From: Candidatus Marinacidobacterales bacterium
Lineage (GTDB): Bacteria; Acidobacteriota; Vicinamibacteria; Marinacidobacterales; DATDRI01
Assembly: GCA_965219415.1 (NCBI GenBank)
Contig: OZ244742.1
Span: 71,082 to 135,081, forward strand
Length of the DNA: 64,000 nucleotides
Direction: 5' to 3'
The notes under the pieces: generated by a model
The model's database searches: none
Told to the model about the DNA's origin: nothing
What the model saw: the letters and a program-made list of their open reading frames with translations, nothing else
Translations under genes and position numbers: made by a program
In this document: piece by piece, positions 21,121 through 29,776 of the stretch
How positions within the stretch are numbered: the first letter of the stretch is position 1
Layout of the letters: each line of letters starts with the position of its first letter

Positions 21121-22605
21121 GCTCGAGTTGTTGGTAATTCTCACTGTGTAAGTGCTGCCTTGGACAACCGGCTTTGTAATTGTCCCGGTCGTTCCGATCG
21201 CCATGGGGGCGGTTTCGGGCAGCGGCATCCCTGGTACGAACCAGTTGAAGTTAAATGGATTGAGTCCGGGAGTAACCTTCCGCGTCACGAAACACGGCGT
21301 GAAGGGGCCAACGGAAGGAGACACCGCCATGAAGGAAAAGACCACAAGACGACGGAGCTCGTCAAGGGTGGCTTGGGAGTCGCTGGAGAAGTGGGCGAGG
21401 CTCGAGATCCAGGATTGGGTGCAGGAGCTGATGGTAGCCGAAGTCACGGAGCTTCTCGGGCGTGAGAAATCGGAGAGACGGAAGCCCGTGGACACAACGG
21501 CGGGCTATCGAAATGGATACGGTAAGCCTCGGAAGCTGACGATGAGCGTGGGCACGGTGACGGTTCGCCGGCCGAGAGTAGGGGACGTGGAGGAGAGGTT
21601 CGAAAGTCGAGTGCTTCCGCTGTTCAAGCGTCGGAGCGAAACGGTGAGCGAGTTGATTCCGGAGCTGTACCTGCATGGACTAGCTCACGGAGATTTCGAT
21701 TTGGCGCTCCGCGGGCTTCTAGGGGAGGACGCTCCACTTTCTTCCAGCACGGTGGCGCGGCTGAAACAGAAATGGCAGGGAGAGTACGAGCAGTGGCTAG
21801 CTCGCCCACTGGACGAACTCGAGCTCGTGTCCCTGTGGGTAGATGGCGTGTACGTGAAGGCCGGCCTTGAGAAGGACAAGGCGGCGGTGCTAGTTGCGGT
21901 TGGTGGCCTGTCCGACGGGACGAAAATCGTCCTGACGCTGGAGGCCGGGCATCGAGAATCCGAAGCGTCATGGTCGTCGCTGCTACGGAGACTGAAGAAG
22001 CGCGGTCTGAGATGTCCCCGTTTGGTGATCGGTGACGGTCATCTCGACATCTGGGCCGCGACCCGAAACGTATTTCCAGAAGCTGAGGAGCAGCGGTGCT
22101 GGAACCACCGAATCCTCAACGTACTGGACCGGATTCCGAAAAGGGACCAGGCGCAGGCCAAGCCGCTGTTGACGGCGACCCCCTACCCCACCAGCCTGCA
22201 GGAGTGCGAGACGAAGAAGGCCAAGTTCCAGGATTGGTGCTTGCGCAAGGGTCTTCCGGGGGCCGCGCACGTGCTCGACGAGGACTGGGAGCGGATGGTC
22301 AGCTTCTATTCCTTTCCCAAGCCTCACTGGCAACACCTTCGCACGAGCAACGTCGTGGAATCACCGTTCGCTGCACTGAGATTGAGAACGGATGCGGCCA
22401 AAAGGTTCAAGAAAATCGAGTCCGCCACTGCGACAATCTTCAAACTGCTTCTGGTTGCGGAGAAGAATTTTCGCCGGCTCAACGCACCGGAGCTGATGCG
22501 AGAGGTTCACCTGGGCGTTCGATTTGAAGATGGAGACAGGGTAACGGAGTCGTCGAAGGTTGCTGCTGCCTGAACTTTTTTACACACCCTATTGACAAGA
22601 GCTCC
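21121..22605 (+). mobile_element. IS256-family insertion sequence (IS-1); ends only approximately placed
   Basis: Contains a Mutator-type transposase gene. The right end has ..CTTGTCAATAGGGTGTGTAAAAAAGT (reverse complement of 22576-22603), resembling IS256-type IRs with a TGTGTAAAA core. A weak partner GTTGGTAATTCTCACTGTGTAAG lies at about 21127-21152. The left boundary could lie anywhere in 21120-21300. Confidence 0.5.
21329..22573 (+). CDS. IS256-family (Mutator-type) transposase
   Basis: ATG at 21329 with a GGAAGGAG RBS. Sequence MKEKTTRRRSSSRVAWESLEKWARLEIQDWVQELM...LVSLWVDGVYVKAG...VIGDGHLDIWAATRNVFPEAEEQRCWNHRILNVLDRIPK... shows the DDE/QRC.H..RN signature of the family. Confidence 0.9.
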   Translation: MKEKTTRRRSSSRVAWESLEKWARLEIQDWVQELMVAEVTELLGREKSERRKPVDTTAGYRNGYGKPRKLTMSVGTVTVRRPRVGDVEERFESRVLPLFKRRSETVSELIPELYLHGLAHGDFDLALRGLLGEDAPLSSSTVARLKQKWQGEYEQWLARPLDELELVSLWVDGVYVKAGLEKDKAAVLVAVGGLSDGTKIVLTLEAGHRESEASWSSLLRRLKKRGLRCPRLVIGDGHLDIWAATRNVFPEAEEQRCWNHRILNVLDRIPKRDQAQAKPLLTATPYPTSLQECETKKAKFQDWCLRKGLPGAAHVLDEDWERMVSFYSFPKPHWQHLRTSNVVESPFAALRLRTDAAKRFKKIESATATIFKLLLVAEKNFRRLNAPELMREVHLGVRFEDGDRVTESSKVAAA

Positions 22606-22871
22606 TGGCGCTAACATCGAAGTCCAACGTGAATTCGCCGTCCTGGTCAGCGTCAAAAGTATACTGCCACCCATCCGGAGAGGTGAGTCCCTGAACAAAG
22701 GCGAGGCTGCCTTCGTCACCCGGTACGTTTTCAGCTACCCAACCGGCACTCCACTGTAGCTGGCCACTGGCGGAGCTCGTCCATGTCGAGGTTGCATTGC
22801 CGGAGGCGATAGTGGAGCCGCCTCCACTTACTGATGAGGCACTTACCGAGACACTCAGCGGGTTGACGGTA
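22589..22871 (-). pseudogene. Orphan gene fragment (about 95 codons, S/G/T-rich, ..GEFTLDFDVSA) trapped between the two IS elements
   Basis: ORF 22589..22987. Its apparent N-terminal signal peptide lies inside the IS-2 terminal sequence, and its stop lies inside the IS-1 right end. It could be the upstream part of the gene at 20706-21120, but that is not proven. Confidence 0.4.
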
Positions 22872-24240
22872 CGGATCCGTCCCGCTTCCGTGGAAATAAG
22901 AATGGCGTAACCTCCGGTTAAGCAAAACGAAACCGCGCCTGGAAAGGCGAGGAGGAGGATTACGCCATGAAGAAGCCTTACCACCATATTGAAGGAGTCT
23001 GTAAGCGAGTACCGGGAGTTCGTCCAACTTCGGCTGCGTATGCGGGTACTGGAGGCGATCGAGGTTGTGCTCGAGGAAGAAGTCGACCAAGCGCTGGGGT
23101 GTTGTAGCTACGAGCGTGCGGAAGACCGCCGTGGATATCGCAACGGAGCCGAAACCCGTCGCGTGACGACGTCGGTGGGAACTCGCGAGCTCCGGGTGCC
23201 ACGAGCCCGCGTGCGAGACGAGGAAACGGGAGAAACGACAGAGTTCAGGAGCGAGCTGTTGCCCCGGTACGCGCGCCGGACTCGTGAGGTCGACGAGGCG
23301 CTCTTGGGGACGTACTTGTCGGGCGCGAATAGCCGCCGGGTCCGCAAAGCGCTGAAACCACTGCTCGGTGAGGAGCACCTATCGAAGAGCGCGGTGTCTC
23401 GCGTGGTTAGCCGGCTGAAGGAGCGCTTCGAGGAATGGCAGAACCGTGCTCTCAGCGAGGAGGTCTACGCGATCGTTTACCTGGACGGCTTCCACCTGAA
23501 AGTGCGGATGGCGAAACGTGTGATCAGCGTACCCGTACGGGTCGCGCTCAGGGTCGCGCCAGACGGGCACAAACGTCTGTTGTCATTGCGTCTGGCGGTG
23601 AGCGAAGCCTCGACGCATCGGGGCTCCGTGCTGGAGGGACTCCAGGCTCGAGGACTCCGGGCTCCCAAGCTAGTGATCAGCGACGGCCACAAGGGGCTGA
23701 CGAAAGCGCTGGAGAAGTGGCCGGGGTGCCGGTTGCAGCGATGTACCGAGCACAAGCGCGCCAACTTGCTCCAACATTGCCCGGCGCACGCACGCCGTGA
23801 GCTCCGGCGTGACTACAACCGGATCGTCTACGCCAAGAACGGGATCGATGCTCGCAAAGCCTATGACGAGCTCGTCGCCAAGTGGACGCCTCTCGCGCCG
23901 GCCGTCGTCCGAAGCCTAGAGGAGGCCGGTAATCAGCTGCTGACCTTCTACGAATTCCCTCGTGCCATGTGGAAATCGATTCGAACGACCAAAGCTCTGG
24001 AGAATCTCAACCGCGAGTTTCGACGCCGGACGAAAACCCAAGCGTCGTTCTCCAGCGAGGAGTCTGCGGTCGCTTTGCTGTTTGGGCTTATCGCCTCTGG
24101 CCAGATTCAACTACGACGCATCGACGGCTACCAACGTCTGAGCGAGGTTCTCGAACACGCAAAGGTCACCGCCTGATATGATACTCTGATGACGGAGTGG
24201 AGGGCACCGTTCTTTTTCCACGGACCTCGGGACACATCCC
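22872..24240 (+). mobile_element. IS256-family insertion sequence (IS-2) with clear imperfect terminal inverted repeats and no detectable target-site duplication
   Basis: Left end GGATCCGTCCCGCTTCCGTGGAAATAAGAATGGCG (22873 onward). Reverse complement of the right end GGATGTGTCCCGAGGTCCGTGGAAAAAGAACGGTG (ending at about 24239). The core TCCGTGGAAA is identical at both ends. Flanks gacggtac and gaaaacga do not match. Length about 1.37 kb. Confidence 0.8.
22989..24176 (+). CDS. IS256-family (Mutator-type) transposase, a different family member from IS-1
   Basis: 395-aa ORF from TTG 22989. Sequence ..YAIVYLDGFHLKVRM...VISDGHKGLTKALEKWPGCRLQRCTEHKRANLLQHCP...SIRTTKALENLNREFRRRTK. A better-looking ATG with a GGAGGAGG RBS at 22967 is in another frame, so the extreme N-terminus may carry a 1-nt indel. 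Confidence 0.9.
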   Translation: MKESVSEYREFVQLRLRMRVLEAIEVVLEEEVDQALGCCSYERAEDRRGYRNGAETRRVTTSVGTRELRVPRARVRDEETGETTEFRSELLPRYARRTREVDEALLGTYLSGANSRRVRKALKPLLGEEHLSKSAVSRVVSRLKERFEEWQNRALSEEVYAIVYLDGFHLKVRMAKRVISVPVRVALRVAPDGHKRLLSLRLAVSEASTHRGSVLEGLQARGLRAPKLVISDGHKGLTKALEKWPGCRLQRCTEHKRANLLQHCPAHARRELRRDYNRIVYAKNGIDARKAYDELVAKWTPLAPAVVRSLEEAGNQLLTFYEFPRAMWKSIRTTKALENLNREFRRRTKTQASFSSEESAVALLFGLIASGQIQLRRIDGYQRLSEVLEHAKVTA

Positions 24241-25079
24241 GAAAACGACCCCGCTGATCCGTTCGCCAACGCCGGGCTCGCGCTCGGCTACGCCATTCTC
24301 GGCCATGGCCCTGGAGAAAACCCGCAAGAGGCCTTCGCACGAGCCAAGGCCGCCGCCGTCAGGGCGTTGGAACTGGATGACACGTTGGCCGAAGCTCACC
24401 TTGCTCTTGGTGACGTCAAGCTCTACTACGAATGGGATTGGCCGGGCGCGGAACGGGACTTGCGGCGTGCTCTGGAGCTCAACCCAAGCTTAGCCGAAGC
24501 TCACTACCACAACGCCTGGTATCTCGACTTGATGGGACGCCGGGACGAAGCCATTTCGGAGTTGAAGAGCGCCCAGGAACGGGATCCGCTTTCGCCACTC
24601 TTCCCAGCGTGGCTCGGGGCGTACTGTATGACGCAAGGGCAATACGATGAGGCGCTCGAGGAAGCCCGCAAATCTCTCGACCTCCATCCGAACTTTCCCG
24701 TTGGTCATCACTCCTTGGGAATGGTGTATGCACGAATGGAGATGTACAAGGAGGCGATCGCCGCGCATCAAAGGGCGGCGGCAATAGCCCCTCCTTTTAG
24801 AGGCTCCCTTGGCATTACCTACGCAGTGGCAGGCATGCCGGATGAGGCGCGGGAGGTCGTGGCAGCGATCGAAGCGGACGGTAACCCGGCGGACGCTTTG
24901 TCTCTAGCCCGTGTCTATGCCGCCCTCGGGAAAAGGATGAGGCCTTCCGGTACCTGGATACGGCCTACGAGCATCGCGTGACCTTTCTCCCTTGGCTCGA
25001 GGTCCTTCCTTTCCTCGACGACCTGCGCGATGACAGCCGCTACGAAGAGTTGCTCCGTCGGTTGAATCTCTCGCAGTGA
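24241..25079 (+). pseudogene. 3' part (TPR region plus tail) of a Ser/Thr kinase/TolB-like/TPR family gene (copy A). 5'-truncated by IS-2 and frameshifted at the A-run 24931-24934.
   Basis: Reads ENDPADPFANAGLALGYAILGHGPG...LELDDTLAEAHLALGDVKLYYEWDWPGAERDLRRALELNPSLAEAHYH...ARVYAALGK, then in the shifted frame KDEAFRYLDTAYEHRVTFLPWLEVLPFLDDLRDDSRYEELLRRLNLSQ*. Homology to copy B starts exactly at the IS-2 end. Confidence 0.75.
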
Positions 25080-25112
25080 TATACCCGAACATGGAGAGGG
25101 GAGTCAGACCCA

Positions 25113-26387
25113 GTGACGCTCGTTGGGCGAACTCTCTCGCATTACAAAATCCTAGCGGAAAAGGGCCGTGGCGGAATGGGGGAAGTGTACCAAGCGAGAG
25201 ACGAGACGCTAGGCCGTGATGTCGCCATCAAAGTCTTGCGGTAGAAGTGGGCTTCCGACCCGGACCGGCTGAGACGCTTCGAGCAGGAAGCGCGCTCCGC
25301 ATCCGCCCTCAACCATCCGAACATCATTACTATTTACGAAATCGGAGAGTACGAAGGTACGCCCTTCATTGCGATGGAGCATGTGGAGGGTGAAACCTTG
25401 AGGGACATTCTGGCCGAGGCTCCCCTGCCCGCCAAGAAGCTGCTACAGATCGCCACCCAGATTGCTGAAGGTTTGGCCAAGGCGCACGCCGCGGGGATCG
25501 TGCACCGAGATCTCAAGCCAGAGAACCTGATGGTTACCGACGATGGGCTTGTGAAAATTCTGGACTTTGGTCTCGCCAAGCTGACCGGTCCGCCGGTGGA
25601 AATCCAATCCGAGACCGAGACGAAGGCCAAGATGGGAACGCAGATAGGCACGATTCTAGGAACCGTGCAGTACATGTCCCCGGAACAAGCGAGCGGCCGT
25701 TCCGTGGATCATCGCTCCGATCAGTTTTCGTTGGGATTGATTCTGTATGAGATGGCGACGGGTGAGGTGGCATTTAAGCGAGACACCGCCGCCGGAACAC
25801 TGGCCGCTATCATCGAGGGCAAAGCCGAACCGATGACGCCACTTGATCCGAGCCTCCCGGGGAGTTTCCGGCGCACGGTCGAGCGGTGCTTGGTGAAAGA
25901 GCCCGAAGGTCGTTACGCCTCGACGGGTGATTTAGCCAAGGAGCTGGAGGAAGCACGGGATGGTCTCGGCGGCCTGCTGACCGGAGTGTGGCTGCGACGG
26001 ACTGCGATGATTGCGATGGTGGGCTTTGTTGCAGCACTTCCCGCCGTGGTGGGTTTGAATCTGGGCGAGATTCGAGACCGACTTCTAGGCGGACCTGGCG
26101 GAATTCAGTCGATCGCGGTTCTCCCTTTAAGGAACGTCTCGGGGGATCCGGAGCAGGAGTACTTTTCCGACGGGATGACTGAGGCACTCATCACCGACCT
26201 GGGCAAGATCGGAGCCCTAAAAGTGATTTCGCGGACTTCCGTGATGCGGTTCAAGGGAGCGGATACGCCCCTGGCGGAAATCGCCCAGCAGCTGAACGTG
26301 GAGGCGATCTTGGAAGGATCGGCCCAGTTGGTTGGGGACCAGGCTGGGATCACGGTGAGGCTGATCGATGCGGCCAGCGGAGAGCAA
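25113..26387 (+). pseudogene. Ser/Thr protein kinase, TM and TolB-N-like domain gene, with an in-frame TAG (25242-25244) and its 3' part replaced by inverted segments
   Basis: GTG at 25113 gives [58 protein letters not shown]... Further motifs: HRDLKPENLMV, DFGLAK, a TM segment (MIAMVGFVAALPAVVGL) and SIAVLPLRNVSGDPEQEYFSDGMTEALITDL...RLIDAASGEQ. Family-like sequence stops at 26387. Confidence 0.75.
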
Positions 26388-26390
26388 GGT

Positions 26391-26537
26391 CTGAGGGTTG
26401 ACCGCCCGTTCGGTCGAAAGGCGGGCCTCTTCTTCGGGCGTCAGGGCTATTTCTATTCTGCGAGCGATCGATCGCGCTACATCGTTTTGAGCTACGAGCA
26501 GATTGCTGAGATTGCGCTGGTAGGCTTGCGACCAGAG
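26391..26537 (-). pseudogene. Inverted linker segment (LWSQAYQRNLSNLLVAQNDVARSIARRIEIALTPEEEARLSTERAVNPQ) of the kinase/TPR family
   Basis: Part of ORF 26217..27038. In family members this segment normally follows ..LIDA..GE. directly on the same strand. Here it is on the opposite strand, 3 nt from the end of the kinase segment. Confidence 0.6.
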
Positions 26538-27348
26538 TTCCAGATGCCGGAACGCCTCATCCTTTTCCTCGAGGGCCGTGTAAACATGAGCTAGAGAGAA
26601 AGCATCCCCTGCGGTCGCGTCCTTCTGCATTTCCGCCAGTATCCTCCGCGCCTCGTTCCCCATACCGGCCTGCGCGTAGGCAACCCCTAGTCCGGTTCGC
26701 AGGGGAGAAAAGATCCCGGTCGCTTTTTTGTGCGCCGTGATAGCCTCTTCATACATTCCCTTTCCTGCAAGGGCCAGCCCCAGAGTGTAGTGTCCTACGG
26801 GAAAATTCGGATTCATCTCTAGCGCCTTGCGGGCTTCCGCGAGGGCCTTATCGTATCGCCCCAGCGCCACATAATATCCTCCCAACCACGCGGTGAAGAG
26901 GGGCGATAGCGGATCGATCTCTTGGGCACGTTTCATTTCGGCGAGGGCGTCATCCCGGCGTCCCATCAGGTCGAGATACCAGGCATAGTGGTAGTGAGCC
27001 TCGGCCAAGCTTGGGTTGAGCACCAGAGCACGCCGCAAGTCCCGTTCCGCGCCTGGCCAGTCCCAATCGTAATAGAGCTTGACGTCACCCTAGAGCGAGG
27101 TGGGCTTCGGCCAGTGTGTCGTCGAGCTCCAACGCTCGGAGGGCAGCCACTTTGGCACGAGGGAACGCCTCTTGGGGGATTGTCCCGGGGCCATGACCGA
27201 GAATGGCGTAACCGAGTGCCAACCCGGCGTAGGCGAACGGGTCTGCCGGGTCGTTTTCGACTGCCTCATGGAGATGACGGAGACCTTTTCGCATTCCTTC
27301 CGGTGTAGATTCGTGCAAGTAAAACATTCCTCTGAGATAAGCCTCGTA
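26538..27348 (-). pseudogene. TPR region of the kinase/TPR family (copy B), inverted relative to the kinase gene and frameshifted at the C-run 27088-27090
   Basis: The last 87 codons of ORF 27085..28071 read YEAYLRGMFYLHESTPEGMRKGLRHLHEAVENDPADPFAYAGLALGYAILGHGPG...AEAHLALG. ORF 26217..27038 follows with ..RRALVLNPSLAEAHYHYAWYLDLMGRRDDA...VYTALEEKDEAFRHLE. It looks similar to copy A at the nucleotide level by eye (not computed). Confidence 0.7.
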
Positions 27349-27353
27349 AGGAT

Positions 27354-27488
27354 GCGTTCGAGTTCCGCTACAGTATGCTTCCCTGGGTCGGGACCGATCC
27401 TTGGTTCCGCCCGTTGCGCGACGACCCCCGTTTGGAAGATCTGCTCCGCCGGATGAACGTTCCGCTGACTCGCCTCCAAGGAAAGTAG
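27354..27488 (+). pseudogene. C-terminal tail segment of the kinase/TPR family, in plus orientation
   Basis: My translation AFEFRYSMLPWVGTDPWFRPLRDDPRLEDLLRRMNVPLTRLQGK* parallels the copy A tail AYEHRVTFLPWLEVLPFLDDLRDDSRYEELLRRLNLSQ*. It starts within 6 nt of the start of the inverted copy B. Confidence 0.6.
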
Positions 27489-27749
27489 ACAGTCGTCTTC
27501 TCCCGTCCTGGAGTGCGCGGCTCTGCAAGAATAGAGATCGCTGAGAAAAATAGTTCATTTTTTTCTTGACAGTCTTTTCGAAGCGATATGAAAAATATGG
27601 CAGGTACGATCTGGAGTGGACCTGTACGTGCGACCAACGAACGACAGGCACGCTCGTTTGCTTGGATAGACTTCGAAAGTGTCTCGATGCGTTTGCGTTC
27701 AACACGCGCGAACACAGAGCGTCGAAAAAATCCATGCTATAAAAAGCGT

Positions 27750-28386
27750 ATGAACAAAAAAGACGAATTGAAATCGCTTTCCCGACTATCGGATGACCAG
27801 CTTCTTGCTCGACTGTCCAGCGTTTTGAAACAGTCGCGGCGTCTCGAGTCGGTTCTCGTTGCGCATATCGCCGAAGTCGATGCACGAAGACTGTATGCCC
27901 GTGAAGCTTCGTCATCGATGTTTCAGTATTGTGTCGACGTGTTGCACCTGTCCGAGGCAGAAGCTTTCCTACGGATAGCCGTCGCGCGTGCGTCGCGCCG
28001 ACACGTCGCCGGGGGTGCGCGGAATTCCCGCTCCGGTGAAGCGCTTCGTGTGGGCGCGGGATCAGGCTCAATGCACGTTTGAGAGCAGCGAGGGTAGACG
28101 ATGTCCCGAGCGTCTAGGGCTGCAGTTTCATCACCACGATCCCTACGGCCTCGGCGGCGATCGAAGCGCCAAAAATGTCAGACTTCTATGTCGTCCGCAC
28201 AATCTCTACATGGCGGAGATGGACTACGGCAAAGGCAAGATGGAGCGGTACCGACGTTCCGCCGACTGGGTCCGTGAACCGAAGCCGTCGTTTCCACCCT
28301 TTCCGGACAGAGTTCAAGAATCACCGCCCCTTCGTGACTTCAGACCGTCTCCTATGACTTCGAGAGCCTTTGCGGTGAGCTCGTAG
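27750..28386 (+). pseudogene. HNH endonuclease (DUF222-like family) with an internal deletion and frame change near 27990-28000
   Basis: N-terminal part MNKKDELKSLSRLSDDQLLARLSSVLKQSRRLESVLVAHIAEVDARRLYAREASSSMFQYCVDVLHLSEAEAFLRIAVARASRR. It is joined out of frame to the C-terminal HNH part ..IPAPVKRFVWARDQAQCTFESSEGRRCPERLGLQFHHHDPYGLGGDRSAKNVRLLCRPHNLYMAE. From memory, full-length relatives carry a long middle region that is absent here. Confidence 0.65.
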
Positions 28387-28753
28387 TCCGCGAGGTCGGC
28401 GGGCGAGACCAATCGCACGTCGGTGACGTCGGAGCCGGCGCAGAGCGTACCCTCTATCCGCTCACAGAAAAAGTCGGCAAGAACGTAGTGGTAGCGGATC
28501 CGAGCGTCCTCGTCTTTCTCGATGAAGTCGAAAAGGGCCAACTGCTTCCCGACGCGAACGGTCCACCCGGTCCCTTCCGAACCTCTCGCCTCAACGCGTC
28601 CTCGAGCGTTTCACCGAGCTCGACCATGCCTCCGGGTAGCGTCCATCGCCCCTCGAGCGGCGGTTGTCCGCGGCGAATGAGGAGTACTTTTCCGTCTTCG
28701 ATAACGACTGCCCCCACTCCGAAGCCGGGTTGCGTCGGGTAGGAGCGGGTCAT
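28314..28753 (-). CDS. NUDIX hydrolase; one frameshift inside the Nudix box at homopolymer ~28577-28579
   Basis: ORF 28454..28753 gives MTRSYPTQPGFGVGAVVIEDGKVLLIRRGQPPLEGRWTLPGGMVELGETLEDALRREVR. ORF 28314..28541 gives the rest. Adding one G restores REVREGTGWTVRVGKQLALFDFIEKDEDARIRYHYVLADFF... Confidence 0.75.
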
Positions 28754-28765
28754 GACTTAGCCGGT

Positions 28766-29776
28766 TTAGCCAGTTTCGAGGCCGCGAGCTTGCAGCAGTT
28801 TTTGCGCGAGCGCCAGAGAGTTGGCGGCAGAATCGACCGCCAGGGAGTCCGCGACGATCCAGAACCGAAAGGCCCCTGCTCGGGCACCGTCCGGGCGAAG
28901 GCGGGCGACGTGCACCTTGTCCGATCCCGAGACGCCTACAGGGGTGGTGTTACTGGCGGAGTGCACCAGAGCTTCGCCCACCTCGATCCCTTCCCGCTCT
29001 CCCATTCCGGCGACGATCCCTTCGGGCGTCGCGTCGTCTGATAATTCCACCCAAAGAGAAAGGGCGTAGCTGTGAAAGACGGGCGCACGCACGAGGGACA
29101 CCGAAACTATGTCCCCTTCCAGTCCGGAGAGCTCCGCGGCTTCCTTCGCCACCGTGGCCTCCGGTGACTCCCCACCAGGCTGTTCGGACGGCGGGAGGAG
29201 ATTGAACGCCAACTGTTCTCCCAAAACCTCTGTGGAAGGCGTTCCGAAATTAAGGATCTGCACCACCTGCTGATGGAGCTCTTGGACTCCCCGATCACCA
29301 AGCTCGGAGGCTGGCAATAGGGCGGTAGCGAATGCCCGCTGTATCTCGAACGTGCCGGCGATGCCATCCAATACTTTGCCGATAAGAATGGACGCCGTGC
29401 TTGGAACTCCCACCAACCGCGCATCGGGAGGAAGAAACTTCTCGTTCAGCCCGTGCGCCGTGAGCGGTGCGGTGAGGCCTTTATCGGCGACGAATGTAAG
29501 GACGCCCTCTCCGGCCGCCGAGGCGACAAGCGCCAGGGCGTCTTTTCCGGTTCCCTCCCCCACGAAAATGACGTCGAGGGAAGACAACAGATCGGCGTCA
29601 AGGGTCTGTGTTACCAATACGTCATCTTGGAACTGTGTGAGCGTCGAACTTGATTCGAGTGTGGGTTCGAAGAGTTTGATCTCGATGGCCGGGAAGTCGC
29701 CGTCTTCGACTAGCCGGCGAACCTGCTGCCCGAAAGGGCTGAGCGGACCTACCACCGCGACGCGGTAGCCCTTCAT
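28766..29776 (-). CDS. Aspartate-semialdehyde dehydrogenase-like protein, probably non-catalytic (active-site Cys position not conserved)
   Basis: Start at the ATG at 29776, in an ATGA overlap with the pssA stop. Sequence MKGYRVAVVGPLSPFGQQV...LVGVPSTASILIGKVL...LAFNLLP...RAPVFHSYALSLWVEL has an Asd-like layout. It reads PSTAS where Asd has NCST, and GPLSPFG where Asd has GATGxVG. Confidence 0.6.
   Translation of the reverse strand: MKGYRVAVVGPLSPFGQQVRRLVEDGDFPAIEIKLFEPTLESSSTLTQFQDDVLVTQTLDADLLSSLDVIFVGEGTGKDALALVASAAGEGVLTFVADKGLTAPLTAHGLNEKFLPPDARLVGVPSTASILIGKVLDGIAGTFEIQRAFATALLPASELGDRGVQELHQQVVQILNFGTPSTEVLGEQLAFNLLPPSEQPGGESPEATVAKEAAELSGLEGDIVSVSLVRAPVFHSYALSLWVELSDDATPEGIVAGMGEREGIEVGEALVHSASNTTPVGVSGSDKVHVARLRPDGARAGAFRFWIVADSLAVDSAANSLALAQKLLQARGLETG

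Noticed and set aside
21152-21328. 59-codon N-terminal extension of the IS-1 transposase ORF, and the 298-aa minus ORF 20599..21495 upstream of ~21120
   Set aside because: The transposase has a good RBS and ATG at 21329. The minus-strand reading through 21121-21495 runs antisense over the IS leader and transposase start.
22872-22987. Apparent signal peptide (MVVRLLHGVILLLAFPGAVSF..) of ORF 22589..22987
   Set aside because: It is encoded by the IS-2 terminal sequence, inside the inverted repeat and 5' leader, so it is not a genuine N-terminus.
22967-22991. Possible programmed frameshift at the IS-2 transposase N-terminus (ATG 22967 in one frame, body in another)
   Set aside because: IS256-family transposases are not known to use programmed frameshifting and no slippery heptamer is evident. 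A TTG start or a 1-nt indel is more likely.
22853-24260. Extra inverted similarity (tcagcggg) about 25 nt outside both IS-2 ends, considered as longer IRs
   Set aside because: The right-hand copy lies inside TPR coding sequence that is homologous to copy B, so it is host DNA. An 8-mer coincidence is more likely.
27349-28071. First ~240 codons of minus-strand ORF 27085..28071
   Set aside because: They are antisense to the HNH remnant and to the low-GC spacer. Only the last ~87 codons, the TPR copy B start, are family-like.
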